From NCBI GenBank assembly GCA_900128395.1, contig LT649285.1, positions 1 to 45,971 of the forward strand: a DNA stretch of 45,971 nt. The letters run 5' to 3'. The notes beneath the pieces are model-generated. The model worked only from the letters and a program-made list of their open reading frames with translations. It was not told where the DNA came from and ran no database searches. Positions 1 to 10,497 of this stretch are shown here, one piece after another (the first letter of the stretch is position 1; every line of letters starts with the position of its first letter). The DNA is from Stramenopiles sp. TOSAG23-2 (lineage: Eukaryota). The position numbers and the translations under genes were made by a program.

Positions 1-377
1 TCATAAACTTTGTCAAATTCAGTTAATAGTTTTGGAACGTTACCATCAAACTTCGGAGAGGTTTTTTCCTTTACTTTATCATCCATGAATTTATTGATAC
101 TTTCTTCCTTTGTATTGAAACGACTCCAGAATACTGGTACAGACTCGTTTGGATCTTCACGGCGTGCTTTCTCTGCTTTTTTTGCGGCTCTTTTCTCTTC
201 CCTCAATTTAAATTTAGCTTGCATCTTCGCATCCATACGTGCTTTAGCATTTTCCTGTAAATTTTTCAAATCTACTGAAACATTATCATCAATATCATAA
301 TGTGTTGTATTACCTTGCGTTGTCTCATTGGATACAGACATGGTTTGATTTGGATTCTTCGGTATGAAGGATGCCAT
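1..377 (-). CDS. 5' part of a probable tubulin-specific chaperone C (TBCC-like) gene; runs off the window edge
   Basis: Hand translation from ATG at 377 is open to position 1: MASFIPKNPNQ...KFKLREEKRAAKKAEKARREDPNESVPVFWSRFNTKEESI...LLTEFDKVY. The charged helix followed by E-S-x-x-x-F-W-x-x-F resembles the TBCC N-terminal domain. Not in the ORF track because there is no stop in the window. Confidence 0.55.
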   Translation of the reverse strand, partial: MASFIPKNPNQTMSVSNETTQGNTTHYDIDDNVSVDLKNLQENAKARMDAKMQAKFKLREEKRAAKKAEKARREDPNESVPVFWSRFNTKEESINKFMDDKVKEKTSPKFDGNVPKLLTEFDKVY

Positions 378-2174
378 TTTGTCTGCTTTAGTTGTGTTTG
401 TCCAAATGTTTGAATAAGTGAATATGGAATGGGTGGGTATGGATTGATTGGATGATACTTCTATCTACTAAGTACATATACAGTATGTATTTTGTAAATA
501 TATATCAAACTAACTGTTTTCAAATAAAAATGATTGATCTCCCGATCGTCGTGTTTCAAAATCCCGTGGTAATGCTGTGGCCATAGTAGAACCTTTAAGT
601 GGTAGTATAGAAATAGCATTAGATAATAACCCTGTTAGGAACATGAAATAATAGCTACCACTGCTGGTGGTACAGTTACAGTAGAGCTACTTAGCAATAC
701 ACCATTTCAACATTTCATTCATGAGGGTACTACGAAATCTCCAGAATTTTCAAGCCACAAAGTATGTCTTGAAATTAAAGGAACTTCAAATCACCTCACA
801 TTTTTAATGACAGTAAACGAAGTTTACCACAAGCTTAAATTAATATCAACAATTGGATTTTGGATGTTAATTGATATTTTTAATGGTTTTAATAAAGCAT
901 TTCTCAGACAAGCAGCAACTGCAGCACAAGCAAGCAATTTAATTGCAACAAAATTACGAACATACGATTTCTTTTTAGTTAAATCGAGTTCCACAATAGA
1001 AAAGGAAGATTCATTGAATAAATCCTTAACACTAAATTTAAGTTTCTACTACGAAACAGCAAGTAACAAATATGTATATTGCATCGCATGGTTTTTCATC
1101 AAATTTTTGATTTTCCATTCAATGCAAATCAATTTAAATAGTATATCTCAGACGTGTATTTTAAACACTGCACCAGTACCTACTTACAATTATCCCTTGT
1201 GGATAATCCTTGTACAACTTGTTTATCTTGGATAAAATAAATGTACCGTAAGATATTAAATTATCTAAATGCGTGTTCGGGGACGAAGGCTCTAAAGTCA
1301 AGGTTGGAGCTGTTTTTATTCATTTAATCATTGAATATTTTAGGTTTGATCATAGAGGATTATCAAAATTGGAAGTAACAAACCAATTTAAGATAATTTT
1401 TATGGGAGAATGTTATTTAATGAATAAATGGAGGCGAGATCCGGAGTAGGGAATTTAGAATACAGTACAGATAGGGAAGAGAGTAAAAATTTTAAATTAT
1501 CTAGGACATACTATTTAAAAAAAAAAAAAAATAATTTATCCTGAAGTTACTGCAGAGTTCAGCAAACTCATCAAAACAGAATTATTAAAACTGCCTGCTA
1601 CATTCAAAGACCAATTCCAACAATTAACTAAACTTCATTACATGTAGCAGCATATGATCACCAAACGAATATTGAGTTGATTAACTAAACTTCGCGGCGG
1701 ACAATTCTTATTGCACCAACTTCATGCAAATATCCCAGATATTTTGATGAATGCTATACCTAATTTAGCAATGCTATCTTTAATGCAAATGATATATATC
1801 TTTTTTATTTTATTATCTTGGGAGTTGTTCAGGTGCAGATTTCCAATAAATGGTTCATTTTTCAATACTGTGTAGTTTTATTTTGTAGTACATGCTGTGT
1901 CCATTCTAAATCCAAGACATAACCAAAAAAACGTGATGGAATCCGGATCATATATATTTAGCTTAAGGTAATGAATGCCAGAAGAATGAAATGCGTTAGC
2001 GTTAGTCTGCGTCGTCAGTAGAAATGCGTGCAAATTAAAATGAATAACAAATTAATATAACATACAATAAAAATAGAAAAACACATGTAATAGACAAAAA
2101 AAGACAAACACAAACATTTCAATGCATCAACAACAACAATACTCATCCATCCAACAACAAGAATCACAATTAAC

Positions 2175-3761
2175 ATGTCCTCCTACTCATCAACATCAAA
2201 AGTACGTGTTGAAGTACAACCATCTTCCTCAGTTGTAAGGCCTATTATAAGTAAAACAATATCCTTGTCACCACAATTAATTAAAGTGAATAATAGTAGT
2301 CTTACTGTAAAGCTTCCAACAATGGAGGAACTACGTCGACAAAAAGCAAAACTAGAAGAACAAATCAAAAAAGCAAAAATTGCAAGGAATAATATTATTA
2401 GACCCTCCCTCACTGCATTGATAAATCGTGGAGAGAAAATTGTAGAGGAATGCCGTGATGAAAAAGATGTAATAAAAGATGAAGAAAAGCGGGAACGAGT
2501 TACAAAACAATTATTATTATGGTGTCGTGATTTTCGTACAGAATTAGTTTTAAGTGGTTTAGCTATGACAATACGTTCTGGTGCAAAGGGTACGATAACG
2601 GCTGGATCGAATGGTGGGCATGAATTGGATTATTTAGTATATCAAGTATTATCGATTATTGATTCTCATGGACAAAGACGGTCAAATCAAGGTCAAAATT
2701 CAAAAATCGCTGCAGTTGTTGCAGCAAATGTCTCAGAAGTTGTTCCATTAAAACCTGGTCCAGAACCAAAAAAAGCACAACATCAAAATGCTAATGAACA
2801 ACGTGAAAGGTTACGTTGGATTTTATCATTTGTATATCATAAGTGTAAAGGCACGCAGCCTAGTGAAGTACTTAGGTTGCAACATAATTTAAGTCTCATA
2901 TTAAGAAGATGGTTAGATGAATCAAAAGATTTAAGAGAAAATATTTTATTTTTTCAAACATCTCCTTTGCATAAATTTGAAGCAGAAGAACAATATTTCA
3001 GAAAGATTTTAACAAAATTGAAATCTATAGTAATGCGTACGGGCACTGAACAAGATAAACATAATGTAAATTGTTTTGAAAGCGATGGTATTTCTTGTCA
3101 TCTTTTGAAATTAGAATGTCATTTTGATTTATGCCAAGCTGTTGAGGAAGAGGAACGTAAATTATTTATTAGTCTCGTGGCACGTTTAAATAAATTAGAA
3201 AAATGTTATAATGCTTTATGTAAAGAAAATATTGAACGGTGGAGACAAGTAGCACAAGAAAATGTTGTTTTTGCTGATGGCAGCGTATTGCATAAAAATA
3301 GCTTACGAACTGAAGCAAGGTTGCAACAACGTGTCATGGCAGAGCTTTGTAATATGGCATTTGTAATTTTCAGCACCATGTATAGTATTGCATTGGGTGG
3401 ACATGTCAATACATGGTTTGATAATAGTTATGGTGGTGAAGTATATATACCTTTTTGGTGGCCAAGCATTTGGATGACCCATTCCATATTAATTTTAGCC
3501 CTTTTATCAGCATTTGGTTGGAATTATTTTGAAAGTATACCAGGGTACAGTGAAATTACAGAAAAAATGAATTTATTTCATAAAAAAAGTTCTTTGAATG
3601 GTGGAATTTTTAGTGTATATTATTACAAATGGACAAATGCAATGGGTTTTACAAAACATTTTGCAGCAATGATTTTATTAGTTGGAATTGCATGTTTTGC
3701 CACTGTATTAATCACCGCTGCAAGTTTACGAGGTATTGCAGCTGCCAGTTTGTTGTTTTAA
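2175..3761 (+). CDS. Hypothetical protein with N-terminal coiled coil and about 3 C-terminal transmembrane segments
   Basis: 528-aa intronless ORF. Hydrophobic stretches MAFVIFSTMYSIALGG, WMTHSILILALLSAFGW and FAAMILLVGIACFATVLITAASL. No family recognised. Confidence 0.8.
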   Translation: MSSYSSTSKVRVEVQPSSSVVRPIISKTISLSPQLIKVNNSSLTVKLPTMEELRRQKAKLEEQIKKAKIARNNIIRPSLTALINRGEKIVEECRDEKDVIKDEEKRERVTKQLLLWCRDFRTELVLSGLAMTIRSGAKGTITAGSNGGHELDYLVYQVLSIIDSHGQRRSNQGQNSKIAAVVAANVSEVVPLKPGPEPKKAQHQNANEQRERLRWILSFVYHKCKGTQPSEVLRLQHNLSLILRRWLDESKDLRENILFFQTSPLHKFEAEEQYFRKILTKLKSIVMRTGTEQDKHNVNCFESDGISCHLLKLECHFDLCQAVEEEERKLFISLVARLNKLEKCYNALCKENIERWRQVAQENVVFADGSVLHKNSLRTEARLQQRVMAELCNMAFVIFSTMYSIALGGHVNTWFDNSYGGEVYIPFWWPSIWMTHSILILALLSAFGWNYFESIPGYSEITEKMNLFHKKSSLNGGIFSVYYYKWTNAMGFTKHFAAMILLVGIACFATVLITAASLRGIAAASLLF

Positions 3762-4442
3762 AAAATAAAAAAAAAAAGAGTATCATAAGAGTGAAAAACA
3801 GAAAAAATGTCGGTATGATGATATTTTTTAAAAACACACAAAGAGAGGATCAAACACGAAATTACTATATGCGGTATATAAAAATATATATAATGAACCG
3901 CATACTAGATATTTTAAATATTTTTGTATAATCGATATGATATAATACAGCGCAGTAAATAATTATACCAGGGTACAAAAAGATACGTATTATTGTCTCA
4001 GTTATTGTATTTTTTCTGGGGAGTAAAAAGGAATTAATATCATTTGAGTAAATTAAAAAATAAGTTAAAATATATGTACATATTAATTATACTATATATA
4101 CAAAAAAGAAAAACAAACACACACCCCTCTCTCTCATTTAATATTTAATCTCCTTCTCTCCTAACACCGCTAGGATTTAATACACTTCTTCATCTTCGCA
4201 AGAGATGTGACTAACATCATGTTTTTTTCCTGCCTAGAACGAAATAGGAACCTGGAGTGCCTGGAGTGCTATTTACCTGTTAATTTTATGTAATAATCGT
4301 CGTTACAACTGATGATCCACATCACATTTTATGAAGCGCCATATGACAAATGTGTCAATATATATATCTTGTAATGAATTTGCTGATATATATATTATAA
4401 ACTGAAAAACAGATAAATATAAAGAGGAAAACGACAACAATC

Positions 4443-5606
4443 ATGAGCCTAAGAAAAGGCTCATTCCACTCGCCACGTATAAAAAATGTAAAAAGATATA
4501 AAACATTGCAAAAACAAAATCGTTATAAAAAATCTAAATTTAGTGAAAATGTACGTTATTGTTCTTGGAAAGGTAAAAATGGCATGTATGCCGCTGATGT
4601 AGTTGTAAGTGGCAATGGTACATCAAGAAGAAAAACCATTGGCTATTATGAAAAAGAAACCGAAGCATTAGAAGCGAGGGTTCAGTATTATAAAAATCTA
4701 GAGGAACGTAAATTGCATTTACAACATCTTAAAGAGTTTCCTGAGCTATATATTAGTAATAATAACAACAAGAGTATGAAAAGAAACAATAACAATGGGA
4801 AAAAAAATGACAATAATAATAATTTCGATGAAAAATCAGATGATACGCCAATTCCAACATCACCTCGTGCACTATTAAGAATGGGTATAAGTCCCAGAGG
4901 TAATAATACGAATAAATATAATTATAATATGAAAAACAAAAGACGAGATTCGCATATGATGATTGGACTACCACAAGGATATCGTGATTCTACACATAGT
5001 AAAAAAGATTTAGAAAATTTAAGTTTCAAACGTTTTCATCGAAAACGTCATGATAATAATATCATACCTGATATGATGAAAGCACAATTACATCGTGATA
5101 CTAGAAAAAAATGGTTAAAACAAAATAATGAGGAACACGAAGCAGTACCATATTATCCATTATATCGAAAAGAAACAAATAATATTAATATGCATTTATT
5201 GGAAAAACATCAAAAATTGTTAAGAGAGCGTACGATTACAAAAACTTATAATAATGTCTTTAGACGGCAACATGCATGGCATCCATATACATTCAAAATG
5301 AGAGAGCGACATGAAAGACATCATGGGCATGAAGGTGAAATAGATGATAAAAGTGTTCCATCCAAACATAAAAATTACGTACGAAACCATTCGCATGTAA
5401 ATATATTTCAACCAAATGAAATGCAAGATCATGAAATTTATCATGAAAATTTAATTAGAAAAATGAAAGGTAAAAAACTCAAACTTGGGGATACTCGAGT
5501 AATCCATCCACATGATCCTCGTGGATGTACTCCACCAACTGCTTGGCCAAATGGTAGTAATCGATCAGGTAGACTTGATTATGAAAAATTAAAGGGGTAC
5601 AATTAA
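4443..5606 (+). CDS. AP2/ERF-like DNA-binding domain protein
   Basis: 387-aa ORF. RYCSWKGKNGMYAADVVV...RRKTIGYYEKETEALEAR matches the AP2 pattern (GVxW...W/Y-x-A...LGxF/Y-x-x-E-x-E-A). The rest is N/K/H-rich low complexity. Confidence 0.65.
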   Translation: MSLRKGSFHSPRIKNVKRYKTLQKQNRYKKSKFSENVRYCSWKGKNGMYAADVVVSGNGTSRRKTIGYYEKETEALEARVQYYKNLEERKLHLQHLKEFPELYISNNNNKSMKRNNNNGKKNDNNNNFDEKSDDTPIPTSPRALLRMGISPRGNNTNKYNYNMKNKRRDSHMMIGLPQGYRDSTHSKKDLENLSFKRFHRKRHDNNIIPDMMKAQLHRDTRKKWLKQNNEEHEAVPYYPLYRKETNNINMHLLEKHQKLLRERTITKTYNNVFRRQHAWHPYTFKMRERHERHHGHEGEIDDKSVPSKHKNYVRNHSHVNIFQPNEMQDHEIYHENLIRKMKGKKLKLGDTRVIHPHDPRGCTPPTAWPNGSNRSGRLDYEKLKGYN

Positions 5607-5652
5607 AAAGTTTCGGTGTGTCGTAGTAGTAGTTGTAGTGTACGTACTTTTT

Positions 5653-7083
5653 TTATCTTCGTCTCAAAAAATAGAATGCAGCAATACCAACAGCAGCAAC
5701 AACAACTGCAATAGTGATACTGGTTAAAACACCACCATCATCATCATTGCTATTATCCTTATCACTATTTTTTTTCCCTTTCTTATAGCTTTTACTTCCC
5801 ATATCGACACTGTCAGTATCTGAGGCATCCAATATTACGTTTGCATCAGCTTCTAACTCTGAATTTTGGCTTCGATGAGATGAACTAATAACACTAGAAT
5901 TATCATCATCATTAAATTTTAGTGATTTTGGTTCAATCGATAATCTCCTGGTTAATTCCTCTTTGGCTAATTTTTTTGCTGATTTAATACTTGATCGACG
6001 AATTTTGGCACCTTCTTCACGCGCATCTGCATGTTCCGATATTCTTCGTTCCCGTTCCATTTCCTCTGCTTTTAAGACCTCATTCCGTACACGCTCTCGT
6101 TCCAAGCGTTCCTCCTCTTTGGTCAATTCGTGTTGTTGAATTCGTGAAGCCTGCTCCACATCTGCAAGTCTTTTTGCTAAATCAATACTTTGTCGTCTCT
6201 CCTTTTGATGAATTTCAACTAGAGAACGTTGTTCCGAATTCATTTCCTTTGTACGGCGTTCTTGTTCTTCATCTGCTAGCAGTTGCGCGCGTTTGGTATT
6301 TTCGATACGCTCATTTTTATGCTTAGCTTCATGAGAAGCATGTTCCAAATTTCTTCGATTTTGCTCTTCATCCATTAATTGTTTAGCTAAATCAATACTT
6401 TTTCGTCTTTCTTTCTTTTGATGTTGCAAATGATCAATATGTTCATTAATTCTTCGTTCTTGTTCTTCATTTGCCATTGCAACTGCATGAGCGGTCATCT
6501 TCAAATTTTTGTTATTCTGCTCCTCTTCTTCTACTTCTTTTTTAACTTCCGTTGTCTCCTTTTTCTTATTATTCTTTTTCTTATTGCCAGCAGTATTTTT
6601 GTTATTGGATGGTGATTTTTTTGTACTATTCTTTCCTTTTCGCCGTGGTGTTTTTTGTCTTGATTTCTTTTTACCACCAGTACCACTTTTGCCATCGTTG
6701 TTAGATTTATCTTTCTTCGACTTGTCGCTATTTTTTTTATCAGTATTGCCATTCGTATTTTTTATCCGATTTGATGGTGAAGATGAAGTTGATTTTTTAC
6801 TATTTTTATTATTGTTATTATTATCTTTTACATCAATAAATTTCTCAGAAGCTTTTTTACCTAACCTTTTTTCCTCTTTTGTTACTCGTATTGAACTGGC
6901 GCTATGTAAACTTGGAAATCCACCTGTAGAATCTCGTCGACCACCTTTTGTTAATTTTGTGTTTACTTTTTTTCTCGATGTTGGAGAGGCACCTGTCTTA
7001 GAAGCAGTAGCACCTTTCTTCTTATACTTATTTTTCCGTCTTGGCCTGTTCGTAACGTCTCCACTAGATCTTTCTTCACTCAT
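5653..7083 (-). CDS. Tail-anchored coiled-coil protein with internal ~33-aa repeats
   Basis: 476-aa ORF with a K/N-rich N-terminus, repeated ERRxSIDLAKxL...EEQxRR units and a C-terminal anchor ITIAVVVAAVGIAAFYFLRRR. Confidence 0.85.
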   Translation of the reverse strand: MSEERSSGDVTNRPRRKNKYKKKGATASKTGASPTSRKKVNTKLTKGGRRDSTGGFPSLHSASSIRVTKEEKRLGKKASEKFIDVKDNNNNNKNSKKSTSSSPSNRIKNTNGNTDKKNSDKSKKDKSNNDGKSGTGGKKKSRQKTPRRKGKNSTKKSPSNNKNTAGNKKKNNKKKETTEVKKEVEEEEQNNKNLKMTAHAVAMANEEQERRINEHIDHLQHQKKERRKSIDLAKQLMDEEQNRRNLEHASHEAKHKNERIENTKRAQLLADEEQERRTKEMNSEQRSLVEIHQKERRQSIDLAKRLADVEQASRIQQHELTKEEERLERERVRNEVLKAEEMERERRISEHADAREEGAKIRRSSIKSAKKLAKEELTRRLSIEPKSLKFNDDDNSSVISSSHRSQNSELEADANVILDASDTDSVDMGSKSYKKGKKNSDKDNSNDDDGGVLTSITIAVVVAAVGIAAFYFLRRR

Positions 7084-7224
7084 AATTCTTTATAAAATTA
7101 ATATAAACTAAAGGAAAAAAATAAATATATATTATAATATATTTTAAATAAATAAATCTGCTTAAAATAATGCAATTCTTTTCACTACTTTTACCAACAA
7201 TAACAACACAATATATATATATAT

Positions 7225-7486
7225 ATATATATAATTCAATTGGAATATGTTTATCGATTGATGAAAATCATTTTGTTTTATCACCACACACACACACACA
7301 CAGACACACATTTATTATAATACTACTACAGTATCTTTTCATTCAATATATTGGATATATATAATTCAATTGGAATATGTTTATCGATTGATGAAAATCA
7401 TTTTGTTTTATCACCACACACACACACACACAGACACACATTTATTATAATACTACTACAGTATCTTTTCATTCAATATATTGGAT
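7225..7486. repeat. Tandem duplication, period 130 bp
   Basis: ataattcaattggaatatg...caatatattggat present twice head-to-tail (7231 and 7361). Confidence 0.95.
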
Positions 7487-7719
7487 TTAACATCATCTTT
7501 TATTTTTTTCTCAGTCCCTTTTTGATGATGATCGAGTCCTTCGCAATAGAAGGTCTCCAATGCTATTTATATGTTAAATACCTTAAAATACAAAATATAT
7601 GTGTTCTCTCTGGTGTTTTCGCTCTTTTTTTTTATTTCAATTTACTATTGTTAGAATTGTAGTGCATTACGAAGTTTTTTTTATATATATAAAAGTAAAA
7701 GTATAAAAGCAATGATTTC

Positions 7720-7871
7720 TATGCATAGAACTATAGTCGTCTAATATACAATTGTTACATCTCGCTTACTCCTCAAAATTATCTTTTTTATTTATTATGC
7801 ATAGAACTATAGTCGTCTAATATACAATTGTTACATCTCGCTTACTCCTCAAAATTATCTTTTTTATTTAT
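7720..7871. repeat. Tandem duplication, period 76 bp
   Basis: atgcatagaactatagtcg... at 7721 and 7797. Confidence 0.95.
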
Positions 7872-7926
7872 ACTAAAGGATTTTTCTATTTTTCCCAGGA
7901 CATACAGACACCTATATACACAGTTT

Positions 7927-8610
7927 TTAGTTTTGCATGTGCATTACATTGGTATTTAAATATACTTGATGCTGACAATTAGGCATAACACATATGAAGA
8001 AATTCACGTTATTGACTAGAAAATGTTGATACCTATGGTATTTGCAATGAGTGTTTCCATCATCATTATCAATCTCCATCGTTTGCGATTGCTCCCGGAT
8101 TCGCTTTTTCAGTAAGCATGCTGTTCTATATTTATGGTAACATTTGCTTCGAAGCAACTGGTTTCGTGATATATGCACATCGATAATACCCCTTTTATAC
8201 CCGGTAAATTTACAACGAAAGTATGGTTGCCCAGTTTCTTTATGGATATAGCCAGGTTCGATGGATTGAATTTCAAGATGATTTTCCATAATGTGTTTGT
8301 GCAATTTTTGTTTTTGTTTTGTTGAGTAACCGCAACGTAAACAATTGTGTCCTTGTCTTTCGTATTGAATAAGATCGTTGTCTTCATATGAATTTCCTGA
8401 TGGAATCATCTGATGTTCTTTGTGACTGTGACGCCTATTACGATTTTGACGTCTATAATTTGGTTTTGAATGTTGCTTAAACACTTGATGTTGGTGTCCA
8501 AAATGATTGTAATTACATCCTCGATTGTTATGTCCTTGATTGTTATTACGTCCTTGGTTATTACGTCCTCGATTGTTGCGTCCTCGATTATTACGATATC
8601 TGTGTTTCAT
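7927..8610 (-). CDS. C2H2 zinc-finger protein with NNRGR repeats
   Basis: CLRCGYSTKQKQKLHKHIMENH is C-x2-C-x12-H-x4-H. N-terminal RNNRG repeats and a second Cys/His cluster near the C-terminus. Start set at MKHRY (8610) because the upstream ORF extension is (AT)n-rich. Confidence 0.6.
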   Translation of the reverse strand: MKHRYRNNRGRNNRGRNNQGRNNNQGHNNRGCNYNHFGHQHQVFKQHSKPNYRRQNRNRRHSHKEHQMIPSGNSYEDNDLIQYERQGHNCLRCGYSTKQKQKLHKHIMENHLEIQSIEPGYIHKETGQPYFRCKFTGYKRGIIDVHISRNQLLRSKCYHKYRTACLLKKRIREQSQTMEIDNDDGNTHCKYHRYQHFLVNNVNFFICVMPNCQHQVYLNTNVMHMQN

Positions 8611-9023
8611 AATTAATTCTTTTTTTCTCTTATATATTTTACTTAAACGCTTAACTTTTCTTTTATAAAAATTGTATATATATATGTATATGTGTATATA
8701 TCTCTCTTGCTTTTTTTCTTTATCCATATGAATATATATACTACTATATTATACACGGAATGAAACCAAAGTTGCGCAACCGGAATTTGTTGATATTATA
8801 GGTCTAATGGTAAATGAACTCTAAAAGTAGCCCTTAAATGACGTCCCTATGCACATAACCTTAAACTTGCTTTGTACACTCGAATAGGCCTCCCAGGGGC
8901 CTCAAGTACCTCCAATTTTGTGCAACTTGCGTCTGGGTCTGCTTATATGTTTGTGCAACCCAAATACCATTAGATAGCAAAAACAGTATCCTCTAACAAG
9001 TATAATCCTGTAATATCACGGAA

Positions 9024-9262
9024 TGGGTTGCAGAAATCCGTAGTATTGACATGTTTTTATATGTTGCCAATCGGGTATACTTAAATTTAGTATTATTTTA
9101 ACAATATTTTATCTATCTACCGTGATATCTACATGTATATATGCAACTCATCGGTTGCGCTTAAAGTTGCGCATATTACAGATTTGTGCAACCATGCTTG
9201 TCGTATACTAGATGATAGGCAACGTTTAAAAACATGTCAATACTACGGATTTCTGCAACCCA
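9024..9262. mobile_element. MITE-like element with 36-bp perfect terminal inverted repeats
   Basis: tgggttgcagaaatccgtagtattgacatgttttta (9024-9059) is the exact reverse complement of 9227-9262, and the match extends imperfectly about 13 bp inward. No coding capacity. Confidence 0.75.
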
Positions 9263-9515
9263 CTGGGTTAGAGTTAGGGTTCGGTGAAATTCACACCTTA
9301 ACATGAAAGTATTAATCTATTTATGTATAGGAAGCTGGTTCCGAATATTCTAGATCAGAATCCAAGTTAGGTTTCAAATGCATAACAACGTTAGTACCAA
9401 AAAAAAATACAAAAATAAAATAATAGATAAGAGATTAAATATTAGATATAAACAATATTATTTGTAAATGTACAATATTGCATAACAATATATGATAAAT
9501 AGATAATAGATATAA

Positions 9516-10219
9516 TTAACGTAACTTGTAAATATACCGTATTACTTTTGGGGGTATGACTAACGAAAGTAATAATATTAATAATGGTGAAAATAATAGT
9601 GATGATGAACCTACAGTAGTAACAAGAAGTTCATCATCAGCATTATCTTTTCGAGTTCCTGTACACCGTATACGCAAATTGTCTTTCCCTCTGTTACTAA
9701 TGACACCACCATCAGTGCGTACAGTCGAATATCGTGGTCGATGGAAATGCAACAAAAATAGTTATTATTTCAATGATTGAATATTCAGTAATTGTTTGTA
9801 CAATTTGCTGTCGTGGAGCTCATGTTGTGAGGCATAATGTTTGTTTTGTTCTGATAGTTGTTGTAGAATTTGATGCAAAAAGATGGATTGAGATTTTGTA
9901 TCCAAAAAGAATCGTATATGTATAATACATCAGCAGTAGGAACAATTGAGGGTTTGTTGTTGTATTTTGTTCAAAAAATGATGTAAAATGCACATTTTTT
10001 GTCGTTTGAGTGTATATATTGTACAAATTATGTTTTTAAATGAATTATATTATAATAAGTTTTATCATCTACTTGTGTATTTTTTAACTTGTTGTGCTCA
10101 AATTTCAATAATTTCATTTCGTGTTTTAAGGGATTCTCCGGAAGCATCTTCTTATCGACGCCGAAGGCGGCGGTAAGAAGTGCTGTATACATGCTAAGTG
10201 CTATTCGCATGCTACTCAT
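9516..10219 (-). pseudogene. Possible fragmented or decayed gene
   Basis: Begins with a signal-peptide-like ORF (MSSMRIALSMYTALLTAAFG..., 10219-10028), followed by short protein-like pieces in different frames separated by stops. No family recognised. Confidence 0.3.
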
Positions 10220-10497
10220 AATTGTTGCGGTGGTTGTTGCGTTTGTTTAGTATATTTGTATAATATATCAAAATTCTTCAATCAATATACCCAACTAGAT
10301 TAAAAATACTAATCCTTATGTGCTTATATATATATATATATATTTACAATCTACACCATCACATCCCATGGGAAGAATATAGAAATATACCACAACCAAT
10401 GATTATCATTGATTTGTTACATCACAGCAGCATCAAAACAAATTAGTATTTCACGTGTTGACTAATACATATATCAACGCTCACTCCTCCTGTACAA

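Noticed and set aside
807-1235. 142-aa ORF
   Set aside because: No recognisable motif and composition like translated AT-rich DNA; not called as a CDS.
4309-4386. Possible C/D-box snoRNA (ctgatga ... ctga)
   Set aside because: Imperfect C box, no convincing terminal stem, and no rRNA guide complementarity that I could identify.
6509-7111. Long antisense ORFs (also 10-300, 21685-22137, 23491-24129, 24244-24762, 40966-41808 and others)
   Set aside because: Shadows of real genes on the opposite strand, produced by biased codon content.
7211-7300. (AT)n and (AC)n microsatellites here and in many spacers
   Set aside because: Ordinary low-complexity sequence in an AT-rich genome.
9265-9281. Telomere-like gggttagagttagggtt (similar units at 35360-35380)
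   Set aside because: Only two or three degenerate units; too short to call an interstitial telomere.
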